Source: a virus (taxonomy: Duplodnaviria; Caudoviricetes). Taken from it: 64,000 bases of DNA. Location: the IMG/VR virus record IMGVR_UViG_3300027754_000035. One strand, written 5' to 3'. Position numbers and translations under genes: made by a program. How positions within the stretch are numbered: the stretch's first letter is position 1; each line of letters opens with the position of its first letter. Positions 47,290-56,183 of this stretch are shown piece by piece. The notes beneath the pieces are model-generated. The model was given only the letters and a program-made list of their open reading frames with translations, did no database searches and had not been told where the DNA came from.

Positions 47290-48856
47290 GTACAAGCGTT
47301 GCTTGGAAGATCCTGTATACTTCATGAAGAAGTATGTAAAAATTCAACATCCAATGCGTGGTACTGTTGGTTTTGATTTATATCCTTTCCAAGAAAAAGC
47401 ACTGGCTGATCTGGTGAAATTCGACCTCAACATTGTGTTGAAAAGTCGTCAAATGGGTATTTCTACTCTAACAGCAGCATACAGTGTGTGGCTGATGACA
47501 TTTTTTAGCGATAAGAATATTCTGATCATCAGTATCACTCAAGAGACTGCCAAAGAAATTGTTACCAAGGTTCGTTTTGCAAATGATAATCTTCCGGCTT
47601 GGCTAAAAGTTGCATGTGTGGAAGACAACCGTTTGAGTTTGCGTCTCAAGAATGGATCAGCAATCAAAGCAGTTTCAAGTGCTGGTACTGCTGGTCGTTC
47701 AGCAGCACTGTCGCTGTTGATCATAGACGAAGCAGCATTCATTGATAACATCGAAGAGATTTGGTTGTCCGCACAATATACGCTATCAACCGGTGGTCGT
47801 GCAATTGTTTTGTCAACCCCAAATGGTGTTGGTAACTTTTTTCATAAAACTTGGGTTGCGTCCGAGGCAGGTGAAAATGAATTCAATACCATTAATCTGC
47901 CGTGGCATTTACATCCAGAGCGTGATCAAGCATGGCGAGATAAACAAACAGAATTGTCTGGTATAAAAGGTGCCGCACAAGAATGTGATTGTTCATTTGC
48001 TACATCCGGTAATCAGGTTATTCATATGGACATTATTGAGTTTTATAACAAAACTCATGTGCGAGATCCTATTGAAAAGCGTGGCAGTGGTTTGGATATG
48101 TGGATCTGGGAACGTCCAGATTATTCCAAAAACTATATGGTTGTGGCAGACTGTGCTCGTGGTGATGGTGCTGACTATAGTACATTCCATGTATTGGATG
48201 TGGAATCATTGGAACAAGTAGCTGAGTACAAGGGGCAACTCAGTACCAAGGATTTTGGAAATTTGTTGGTGACTGTTGCGACCGAGTATAATAATGCTTT
48301 GTTGGTAATTGAAAACAACAACGTTGGTTGGGCATCACTGCAACAGGTTATTGATAGAAATTACGATAATCTTTTTTATAGTAGTTCCGATCTGAAGGTG
48401 GTTGATATTGAAAGAACATACTCAAATAAAATCAATGGTGCTGAGAAAAAAGCGGTGCCTGGATTTACCACCACCAATATAAATCGTCAGTTGATCATCA
48501 ATAAGATGGAAAGTTTTTTCCGTGAACGTCATATTGTGATTCATAGCTCACGTTTATATGAGGAACTAAGAGTATTCATTTGGAATGGTGCTAAAGCAGA
48601 GGCAATGAAGGGATACAATGACGATTTGGTATTGGCGTTGGGCATTGGCTTGTGGGTTCGAGACACGGCATTAAAGATACAAGCTGAACAAATTGCTCAT
48701 ACCAGAACTATGTTATCGGGTATCAGTAAAGTCAGCGGTACATCTATCGGTCCGACCAATTCAACCAAGGTCATACAGTCTCCACAAGAAACGTGGAAAT
48801 TTGATACTGGTGTCGCACACACAGGTAAAAAAGAATCATTAACTTGGTTGTTGTAA
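47252..48856 (+). CDS. gp17: Terminase large subunit
   Basis: LKSRQMGIST (Walker A), LLIIDEAAF (Walker B), STPNG, ADCARGDGADYS and NDDLVLAL (RNase H nuclease). Confidence 0.95.
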   Translation: MSQQNYRDLIKAEYKRCLEDPVYFMKKYVKIQHPMRGTVGFDLYPFQEKALADLVKFDLNIVLKSRQMGISTLTAAYSVWLMTFFSDKNILIISITQETAKEIVTKVRFANDNLPAWLKVACVEDNRLSLRLKNGSAIKAVSSAGTAGRSAALSLLIIDEAAFIDNIEEIWLSAQYTLSTGGRAIVLSTPNGVGNFFHKTWVASEAGENEFNTINLPWHLHPERDQAWRDKQTELSGIKGAAQECDCSFATSGNQVIHMDIIEFYNKTHVRDPIEKRGSGLDMWIWERPDYSKNYMVVADCARGDGADYSTFHVLDVESLEQVAEYKGQLSTKDFGNLLVTVATEYNNALLVIENNNVGWASLQQVIDRNYDNLFYSSSDLKVVDIERTYSNKINGAEKKAVPGFTTTNINRQLIINKMESFFRERHIVIHSSRLYEELRVFIWNGAKAEAMKGYNDDLVLALGIGLWVRDTALKIQAEQIAHTRTMLSGISKVSGTSIGPTNSTKVIQSPQETWKFDTGVAHTGKKESLTWLL

Positions 48857-48875
48857 TACTTATACATAAGAATCT

Positions 48876-50765
48876 ATGGATGAAAAATCATTTCAGGAGC
48901 TAAAGAACCGATCGCTATACGCCAGACTCAAACGTTTATTTAGTAACGATGTTATAGTTAGAAATGTTGGCGGCAAAAAGCTAAAGGTCATTGACACCGA
49001 TGAAATTTTTTACGCATCGGATCGCAACTCGTTGCGTGACCGTTTCAATCGACTTCGTTCAACATCGTATAATCAATATACAAGAGATTTTAATCTCAGT
49101 TATCAAAGCAGTCGTGTAGAACTATTTCGTGATTATGACACAATGGATATGGATCCAATTCTAGCCAGTGCATTGGACATTTATGCTGATGAATGTACCA
49201 CTAGAAATGAGATGGGAGATATAATCACAGTTCGTAGCAGCAACGACGATATCAAGAGCATATTAAACAATTTGTTCTATGACATCCTCAACATTGAATT
49301 CAACCTTTGGAGTTGGACTCGTAGTATGGTCAAGTATGGTGATTTTTATTTGAGAATGCACATCAGTCCAGAGTACGGTGTATACATGGTTGAACCACTC
49401 AGCAGTTATTATGTAACTCGTATTGAGAATGCGCATTTGACCAACAGAAATTTCGTTAAGTTCCAAGTCAATCTACCATACGGAAATAAGATCGAAGATC
49501 TTGAGAACTATCAAATGGCACACTTTCGTTTGTTGAACGATAGTAATTTTTTACCGTATGGGAAATCAATGTTGGAAGGTGCTCGGCGTGTTTGGAAACA
49601 GTTGAGTTTGATGGAAGACGCAATGTTGATCCATCGTATTATGAGAGCACCTGAAAAGCGTATTTTCAAGGTTGACATCGGTAACATTCCTCCAAATGAA
49701 GTTGATAACCACATGGAGCGGATTGTTACACAAATGAAGAAGACACCGTATTTGGATCAAGCAACGGGTGATTACAATTTGCGTTTCAATCTTCAAAACA
49801 TGGCGGAGGACTTTTTCTTGCCAGTTCGTGGCAGTGATAGTGGTACTGATATTAGTAATTTACCAGGTCTTGAGTGGACAGGTACAGACGACATCGAGTA
49901 TTTGCGCAACAAGATGATGGCTGCTCTCAAGATTCCCAAGGCATTCTTGGGATATGACGAAACTTTGAGCGGTAAAGCAACTTTGGCTGCGGAAGATATT
50001 CGATTTGCACGTACCATTGAGCGTGTGCAACGTATTATTGTTAGTGAATTGAATAAAATTGCGGTGGTACATTTGTATTCACAAGGATATAAAGACGAAT
50101 CTCTTGTAGATTTTAGTTTGGAACTGACCAACCCATCCACAATCTTTGAAAAGGAAAAGATTGATGTTTGGAAGAGCAAGGTTGAGGTCAGTAAGGACAT
50201 GCAAGAAAACAAACTATTCAGCAAAAAGTGGATTTATGAAAATGTGTTTGGTATGAGTGAACAGGATATGATTGTTCTTCAAAAACAACTTGTTGATGAT
50301 GCTAAGGGTAATTATCGCTTCAAGCAAATTGAAGAAGAGGGCAATGACCCTGCATTGCAATTCCTTAAGACCAAAGGTGATGAAAATGAAGGTGGTGCTG
50401 GAGAAGCTGGTGGAGAAGCTGGTGGAGAAGCTGGTGGAGAAGCTGGTGGTGAAGCTGGTGGTGAAGCTGGTGGTACGCCAGCAGGCGGTGCTGAACCTGC
50501 TCCTAAATTGACTGAAAAGAAGCGTGATCAGACTGGTAGAAAGAATGCTAGAAAGTATCCATTCGGTGAAGATCCTTTGGGTACTTTGGAATTAAATTCT
50601 AGCAACGATCTGAGTCCTACTCACAAGTATAAGAATAACTCACCCATATCTTTGGAATCTTTGGTATCGTTAGATACATTACTCATGGGTTCTGAGAAGA
50701 CTAAACAAGTACTAAGAGAAGGTAAAAGTGTATCGTTTATGGATGAAACAAATATTAAAGAGTAA
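48876..50765 (+). CDS. gp20: Portal protein
   Basis: RSMVKYGD, LEGARRVWKQL.LMEDAMLIHRIMRAPEKRIFKVDIGN, EDFFLPVRG, ALKIPKAFL. Confidence 0.95.
   Translation: MDEKSFQELKNRSLYARLKRLFSNDVIVRNVGGKKLKVIDTDEIFYASDRNSLRDRFNRLRSTSYNQYTRDFNLSYQSSRVELFRDYDTMDMDPILASALDIYADECTTRNEMGDIITVRSSNDDIKSILNNLFYDILNIEFNLWSWTRSMVKYGDFYLRMHISPEYGVYMVEPLSSYYVTRIENAHLTNRNFVKFQVNLPYGNKIEDLENYQMAHFRLLNDSNFLPYGKSMLEGARRVWKQLSLMEDAMLIHRIMRAPEKRIFKVDIGNIPPNEVDNHMERIVTQMKKTPYLDQATGDYNLRFNLQNMAEDFFLPVRGSDSGTDISNLPGLEWTGTDDIEYLRNKMMAALKIPKAFLGYDETLSGKATLAAEDIRFARTIERVQRIIVSELNKIAVVHLYSQGYKDESLVDFSLELTNPSTIFEKEKIDVWKSKVEVSKDMQENKLFSKKWIYENVFGMSEQDMIVLQKQLVDDAKGNYRFKQIEEEGNDPALQFLKTKGDENEGGAGEAGGEAGGEAGGEAGGEAGGEAGGTPAGGAEPAPKLTEKKRDQTGRKNARKYPFGEDPLGTLELNSSNDLSPTHKYKNNSPISLESLVSLDTLLMGSEKTKQVLREGKSVSFMDETNIKE
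50400..50471 (+). repeat. Six 12-bp units gg(a/t)gaagctggt (GEAG) in the portal C-terminal tail
   Basis: Four identical units followed by two with one substitution. Confidence 0.9.
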
Positions 50766-50797
50766 CACAATTCGTGAACATTTTGCAAAGTGAAACA

Positions 50798-50805
50798 TAT
50801 TTATA
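50798..50805 (+). promoter_or_regulatory. TATTTATA motif (putative late promoter)
   Basis: 22 nt before ATG 50820 (12 nt before an out-of-frame ATG at 50810). Confidence 0.5.
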
Positions 50806-50819
50806 TTTAATGGAACTAT

Positions 50820-51686
50820 ATGCGTAAGAAAGCTAAACATTCTAAGTTTAAGAACAGTGGCGTATTATTTGAGCTACTCACACGCCAAATTACCGCCGAT
50901 ATCTTGGCTGGGCGAGACGAATCCTTTACGAAGAATTTGATGTTCAAGTACTTCAACGAAGGTACTGCTTTGGGCAAAGAATTTCAACTATACAACTTTT
51001 TGGTCAACCAGTCTTCTAAAAATACTGAGTCGGCTGATCGTATAATTGGTGTGGTTCTTCAAACACGCTCTAAGTTGAACGAGCGTGATCTAAATAGCCA
51101 AAAGTATAATTTGATCAAAGAGATTAAGGATAAATTTGATATCGATGAATTTTTGAAAAATAAAATTCCAAACTACAAATTGTATGCGAGTGTATACAAA
51201 CTGTTTGAGAGCCAAAGTTCCGACGAGGCAAATATTGGAGTTGAAGACGTTGTTGAGGCTAGAGAATTTGTAATTGAGAATTTAACAAAAGAGAAGAAAA
51301 CCGACTCTCAGGCATTGGATGTATATAGTTCACAACCGGCCGACGTTAAGTTGCTCGCATATAAGTTTTTGATTGAGAATTTTAACAAAAAATACTCAGC
51401 ACTGTTGCCTGCTCAAAAAACTTTGCTCAAGGAGTATATCACAAATGTGTCCAACACCAACAAGTTTACTGAATTTGTCAATGATGAATACAAGCGAGTT
51501 TCTGATGCTTTGAAGGAACGTTCCATTCTTGTCAAAAGCAACATCATCAAGATCAAGCTCAATGAAACTGTTACTCAACTTTCAAATAAGACAATAACCG
51601 GTGTTGTTAAAGAAAATCAATTGGGTAGCTTATTAAGCGCATACGAATTGATTGATGAGTTGAACAAATTAGCCAATGAAAACTAA
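50820..51686 (+). CDS. Hypothetical head-module protein
   Basis: KHSKFKNSGVLFELL.RQITADI; helical; lies between portal and protease. Confidence 0.75.
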   Translation: MRKKAKHSKFKNSGVLFELLTRQITADILAGRDESFTKNLMFKYFNEGTALGKEFQLYNFLVNQSSKNTESADRIIGVVLQTRSKLNERDLNSQKYNLIKEIKDKFDIDEFLKNKIPNYKLYASVYKLFESQSSDEANIGVEDVVEAREFVIENLTKEKKTDSQALDVYSSQPADVKLLAYKFLIENFNKKYSALLPAQKTLLKEYITNVSNTNKFTEFVNDEYKRVSDALKERSILVKSNIIKIKLNETVTQLSNKTITGVVKENQLGSLLSAYELIDELNKLANEN

Positions 51687-52821
51687 ACTAAACGAATCTG
51701 GTGATCCATTTAGAGATATTGTCAAGCAGTACGCTAAAATGTACCGTGACAGTGAACTTGCTCGTATTGACAAAGAACAATACTCAAAATGGCTACAAGT
51801 TCATGCCGATAAAATGAGCCCTGCGACCAGAGCATCTATTGAAAAAAAAGTACAATCGGCAATCAACGGTAAAAACGAAGCTTCGACAAGTAGTGGTGCT
51901 GGTCCAGTATCCACACCATTTGCATTTAGTCGCCGGGGACCTGGTAATGTAAAAGCAGCAACTCAGTTGGGTTTCAAGTTGGCAAAACCAGTTGCTCATT
52001 CCAAGGATTTATCGTTGGAGAATCAGATGTATAGCGAACCAGCATATATTACTCCAGCACAAAATATTGAACCAGTTGATACGTGGGCAGATGCTAATGG
52101 GTTGGTTCAACACGGAGATCCAGAGTTAGATCCCGGTCTTGCCGGCCATCGCCAAGGTGCGTTGCCAATGTCAGAAGCTGGGAAAAAGATTGATCAAGTA
52201 GCTAAAATGCTTGAGGGGTTGAGTGGTATTCGTTATCGCAGACGTTTTAATGAAGCAGATGCCGCCGCTCAAGCAACGGTGTCAGCACCAGCACCAGCAC
52301 CGACGGCACAACCAAAAACATCGGCGGCACCCAATGTACAAGTTCAAAGTTATAGTTTACAACCCGATTTTAGCGAGTTTGATACAAAGTTAAAGGATAG
52401 CACCGAGGCACTCAAAACCGGTCTTCAAAAGAAGATTCAAGATCAAATTTTGAACAAAAAAATTGTGGTTAGGGCAAGCAAGGGATATAAACAACCAGAG
52501 TCCGATTACACTCTCAATGTTACTGGTGTAAATATTGATTATTACTACGACCGTTATGTAATTATTATTGTTGGTCGTGAAGAGAGTAAGCAAAAAACAG
52601 CTAAATTCTTTATCAAGCCTGGATTCAAGCTTAAAATCTTGGGTTCTGCCGATGTAAAACCCAAAGACAGATATCAAATTGCCAAGTCTCAAGCATTGGT
52701 TGATCCCAACAAACAAGCTTCTGCAACACCTAGCAATACGGTGACCAGCAAGGAACCACCCGAGGTTTCTGCCGAGACAAAACCAGAAGATAAAGGTGGC
52801 ACACAACCGCCACCAGTATAA
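51676..52821 (+). CDS. Putative prohead core / internal head protein
   Basis: Multiple x-N/L/S-E-A/S/G sites (KLNESG, KNEAST, MSEAG, MLEGL, FNEAD) and low-complexity linkers. Confidence 0.6.
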   Translation: MKTKLNESGDPFRDIVKQYAKMYRDSELARIDKEQYSKWLQVHADKMSPATRASIEKKVQSAINGKNEASTSSGAGPVSTPFAFSRRGPGNVKAATQLGFKLAKPVAHSKDLSLENQMYSEPAYITPAQNIEPVDTWADANGLVQHGDPELDPGLAGHRQGALPMSEAGKKIDQVAKMLEGLSGIRYRRRFNEADAAAQATVSAPAPAPTAQPKTSAAPNVQVQSYSLQPDFSEFDTKLKDSTEALKTGLQKKIQDQILNKKIVVRASKGYKQPESDYTLNVTGVNIDYYYDRYVIIIVGREESKQKTAKFFIKPGFKLKILGSADVKPKDRYQIAKSQALVDPNKQASATPSNTVTSKEPPEVSAETKPEDKGGTQPPPV

Positions 52822-52824
52822 ATT

Positions 52825-53436
52825 ATGAACACATTATTGATTGATGTATTACCGTTTGAGTTTAAGATTAAGAAGGCTTCGCTCACCGAAAGTTTGAGCG
52901 ATGGAAAGCTTCTTGTCACGGGCACATTACAACGTGCCGAAGCAAAGAATCAAAACGGTAGAATTTACCCAAAAGGAATTTTGGAACGTGAAGCAACAAA
53001 GTACATGGACAACTTTGTTAAACAACGACGTGCAATGGGTGAATTGGATCATCCAGAGAGCAGCGTCGTTAACCTCAAAAACGTTAGTCACAACATTGTT
53101 GATATGGGTTGGGACGGTGACGATCTTGTTGGTACTGTGGAAATTCTTCCTACTCCAAGTGGCAACATTCTCAAGGATCTGCTCAAGGCAGGTATTTTGT
53201 TGGGAATCAGTAGTCGTGGATTGGGTAGTGTCAAAAAAGACATGCGAGAAGGAGCCGATGTTGTACAAGACGACTTTGACTTGATTGCATTTGATTTTGT
53301 TAGTAATCCAAGTACTCAAGGAGCATTTATGTATCCTGCTGGTAAAATCACTGAAAGTGTAAATCAGTCCAGCACCATCATCAATCCTTACCAAAATATT
53401 GATAGAATTATTCGTGATATCATCTCCGAATTATAA
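52825..53436 (+). CDS. gp21: Prohead core protease
   Basis: KNQNGRIYP, GELDHP (His), NVSH, GISSRGLGS (Ser), FD.V..PS. Confidence 0.95.
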   Translation: MNTLLIDVLPFEFKIKKASLTESLSDGKLLVTGTLQRAEAKNQNGRIYPKGILEREATKYMDNFVKQRRAMGELDHPESSVVNLKNVSHNIVDMGWDGDDLVGTVEILPTPSGNILKDLLKAGILLGISSRGLGSVKKDMREGADVVQDDFDLIAFDFVSNPSTQGAFMYPAGKITESVNQSSTIINPYQNIDRIIRDIISEL

Positions 53437-53445
53437 TTTGAAACC

Positions 53446-53453
53446 TATTTATA
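53446..53453 (+). promoter_or_regulatory. TATTTATA motif (putative late promoter)
   Basis: 12 nt before ATG 53458. Confidence 0.55.
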
Positions 53454-53457
53454 GCAT

Positions 53458-53913
53458 ATGATCAAGCTAAAACACCTAGTAGAAAATTCAACCGAGACGG
53501 CATATGCTCCCTTGAGCAAGGAGGAAAAGATTAAGTTGCGTGAAACTATCAAGTCTTACAACGAATATCGTAAGAGCTTGAAGGCATCGGTTGTGTACGA
53601 GACCGCTAACAAGATTATGGAAGCTGTGAATCTTGCCGAGCGTTATGCCATCAAGGAATGTAATGAATGGATGGAAGCCAAGATGGTTGAGCGTGATATG
53701 AAGGATGTCAAGAAGATGGCTCAAAAGTTGTATGAAGAAGCACACAAAATCAAGAGTGTGGAGCAACAACTTGAAATGTTGTATGAAGAAATTGGTTTGA
53801 AATTGGAGCGTTATTTTGAAATTGCAGACCCTATTGAGGTTCAACAAGGTACTGCAACTCCTACTTCACAACCTGCTGCGCCAGCACCAATGAAGAGTGT
53901 GGAAAGTAAGTAA
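53458..53913 (+). CDS. Hypothetical helical protein with MIKLKHLVE tag
   Basis: Clean ORF after the protease gene. Confidence 0.75.
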   Translation: MIKLKHLVENSTETAYAPLSKEEKIKLRETIKSYNEYRKSLKASVVYETANKIMEAVNLAERYAIKECNEWMEAKMVERDMKDVKKMAQKLYEEAHKIKSVEQQLEMLYEEIGLKLERYFEIADPIEVQQGTATPTSQPAAPAPMKSVESK

Positions 53914-54309
53914 TTACTTCAACCCTTTTAACTTGGGATCTGATGGTACCGATTCAATAAAGGACAGCAGCTTTTCAAAACTCTCGAAGACGTAACGACG
54001 GTGTGTCTCAAGGACATAACCGTCTTCGTCTTTGTATATCTTAACTGGTACCAATTGGTCCAACATTTCGAGCGTAGGAACTTCGATCTCACTCACCATA
54101 TCAGTGTCGTTGTCGATCTTGAATCCCATGTCACCCAACGTGTCAATTTCATGAAAGTTCCAACCACTTGGATGATCAATATCAATCAGCTTGAATTTAT
54201 CTGATTCTACTGGCGCATCACCGTAAGCACGGTTGAGGAAATTTCCCAATTTGATTTGGGAGTAATGATTGTGATAATTTTTAGAGTCCATATGAATTGA
54301 TTCGGTCAA
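53914..54309 (-). CDS. Hypothetical protein
   Basis: Convergent with 53458-53913 and abuts its stop exactly. Confidence 0.65.
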   Translation of the reverse strand: MTESIHMDSKNYHNHYSQIKLGNFLNRAYGDAPVESDKFKLIDIDHPSGWNFHEIDTLGDMGFKIDNDTDMVSEIEVPTLEMLDQLVPVKIYKDEDGYVLETHRRYVFESFEKLLSFIESVPSDPKLKGLK

Positions 54310-54874
54310 TAAAGTCGGCTAGTATCTTGCCCTTTTGCGCATCTGGTTGGTTAAAGATGGTACTTAAAGTGTAAACGATCTTGGGTTTGTCACTGTTCTG
54401 ACTTGCCCCACGAATTTCTACAAAGCAAGCATAATTGTACATCCCGCTGTTTTGATTATTTTTCAACTTCTTGAAGACATAACTTTTGGTGGTTTCATTA
54501 CTGAATACTTCTGCACTCAACTCGTTGCTGCTTTTCTTGTGAACAAAGTTGACTTTACCAAATCCACCAAATCCATTTTGTTTGTTTTGAAAAGTAAGCA
54601 ATTCTTGTTTATCAAATGGCACGCCTATATTTTCGTTCAGTAATTGATCAAAACTTTTACCTTCTACTTCTCGCATTTTGCTAACACTGTACTCTGCTTC
54701 TTTGAGTCTATTCACAATTTCTTTTACTTTTGTGAAGTCTCTCGCAGCTTTGGTACTAATGTCGTGTGCCGTTTTTCTCAGATTGGCTGAGACTTTTTTG
54801 GGCGACACATCACCTTTTTGGACTGCTCTTACGAGTCTAAAGTATCGTGCTTGTTTTTCCGATTTTGCTGGCAT
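54281..54874 (-). CDS. Hypothetical protein (MPAKSEKQ..F N-terminus typical of head-region proteins)
   Basis: Has its own upstream TATTTATA on the minus strand. Confidence 0.7.
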   Translation of the reverse strand: MPAKSEKQARYFRLVRAVQKGDVSPKKVSANLRKTAHDISTKAARDFTKVKEIVNRLKEAEYSVSKMREVEGKSFDQLLNENIGVPFDKQELLTFQNKQNGFGGFGKVNFVHKKSSNELSAEVFSNETTKSYVFKKLKNNQNSGMYNYACFVEIRGASQNSDKPKIVYTLSTIFNQPDAQKGKILADFIDRINSYGL

Positions 54875-54879
54875 ACATC

Positions 54880-54887
54880 TATAAATA
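54880..54887 (-). promoter_or_regulatory. TATTTATA motif on the minus strand
   Basis: 13 nt before ATG 54874. Confidence 0.55.
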
Positions 54888-54920
54888 GCAAAAAATTTAT
54901 GATTTTCTCTTTTTTAGTTA

Positions 54921-54927
54921 TATTTAT
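54921..54927 (+). promoter_or_regulatory. TATTTAT motif upstream of the scaffold-capsid operon
   Basis: Divergent partner of the motif at 54880-54887; 102 nt before ATG 55023. Confidence 0.4.
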
Positions 54928-55022
54928 TATGAAATGCGTCAATGTCTTTGATGCCACACTAACATAATCTTCTTTGGAGTTCTCCAATAACTTCACCATT
55001 AAATTAGGAAAGGTATAAATAT

Positions 55023-56135
55023 ATGAGCGATCTATTGAAAGAAAGCATCGCAGACGCAAAGGCTGTTCGTGAAACAGCAATTGCCAATGCAAAAACCTTC
55101 CTTGAGGAAAACTTCGCAAAAAGCATGAAAGAGATGTTTGCGGAAAAGCTCAAGGAAGAATCAGAAGAAACCGCAGCAGCAGAAACTGAGGAAGGCAAGA
55201 TCGAAGAGAAGCTTGCAACCTCAAAGATTGGTGGCGAAAAGGGTAATGAAGCTTCAAAGCAACATCCTGTCAAGCCATCCACTTCTGCAAACAAAAACAC
55301 CGAACCATCTGGTAAGCAAGAATTTGATGCCACCATGGAAGAGGGAACCGAGATCACCAGTGAAGAATTGGATGAGATCCTCGCAGAGCTTGAAACCGAA
55401 GGCGCAGCCCAAGGTCAACAAGTTGTTGCTGAGGAAGAAGGTTGTGAAACCGACTCAACAGCACATCATGGTGGTTCTGACGATTCGGATGATTTGAATC
55501 TCGACGAATTGCTCGCAGAGTTGGACGAGGAAGGTCAAGCAGCACCAGTTGCTCCTGCCGCACTTGATCCAGCAATCGCAGCACAACCTCCAGTTGCTCC
55601 AGTTGCTCCAGTAGCACCTGTTGCTCCAGTAGCAGGTCAGATTCCATCACCATCAGAGGGTGAAGATTGTGATGACTGCGACACCGACATCAGTTCCGAA
55701 GAGATGGCGGAAGCACTTGTTGCCTTGAGTGAAGAAAATGAAGCATTGAAGGTACAAGTTGAAGAAGCAATGAACACCGTTAAGTACATGAAAGATGTGC
55801 TTGCGGAAACCAATTTGTTGAATGCTAAGTTGCTTTACACCAACAAGCTATTCAAGGGTAAGAATTTGACCGAAGCGCAAAAGCACAAGGTCATTAGCAC
55901 ATTTGACCTCACCAGAACACTGCGTGAGATCAAGTTGGCTTATACAGTTTTGGCCGAATCATTTAATGCCGGTGGATCAGTTGCCAAGAAAAAGACCAAT
56001 GCAACTGTCTCAACTATCACCGAAGGTTTGGCAAGCAAACCAGTATCATCAACAAAGCCTGCATCTACCATTGTAGAACCGCTGGCTGATCAGATGGCTT
56101 CAAGATTCCAACTGCTCGCAGGAATCACGAAGTAA
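55023..56135 (+). CDS. Prohead scaffolding protein (gp22-like)
   Basis: Very acidic and helical, directly upstream of the MCP; LLKESIADAKAVRETAIANAK, NLLNAKLLYTNKLF. Confidence 0.8.
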   Translation: MSDLLKESIADAKAVRETAIANAKTFLEENFAKSMKEMFAEKLKEESEETAAAETEEGKIEEKLATSKIGGEKGNEASKQHPVKPSTSANKNTEPSGKQEFDATMEEGTEITSEELDEILAELETEGAAQGQQVVAEEEGCETDSTAHHGGSDDSDDLNLDELLAELDEEGQAAPVAPAALDPAIAAQPPVAPVAPVAPVAPVAGQIPSPSEGEDCDDCDTDISSEEMAEALVALSEENEALKVQVEEAMNTVKYMKDVLAETNLLNAKLLYTNKLFKGKNLTEAQKHKVISTFDLTRTLREIKLAYTVLAESFNAGGSVAKKKTNATVSTITEGLASKPVSSTKPASTIVEPLADQMASRFQLLAGITK

Positions 56136-56183
56136 AATTAGTTTGCGAGTAAGTAAACAAACCAAAAGATAGGAAACAATTAT

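Noticed and set aside
47252-48856. Intein or intron in terminase, primase, portal or MCP
   Set aside because: Conserved motifs are at normal spacing with no insertions; the only Hint domain is at 4646-5026.
54929-54967. Short upstream ORFs (MKCVNVFDATLT at 54929; MELYA at 50810; MLESPTHE at 6257; MIRVLEDKKRKWV at 39700) as regulatory peptides
   Set aside because: Expected by chance in AT-rich intergenic DNA; no conservation data or attenuator structure to support them.
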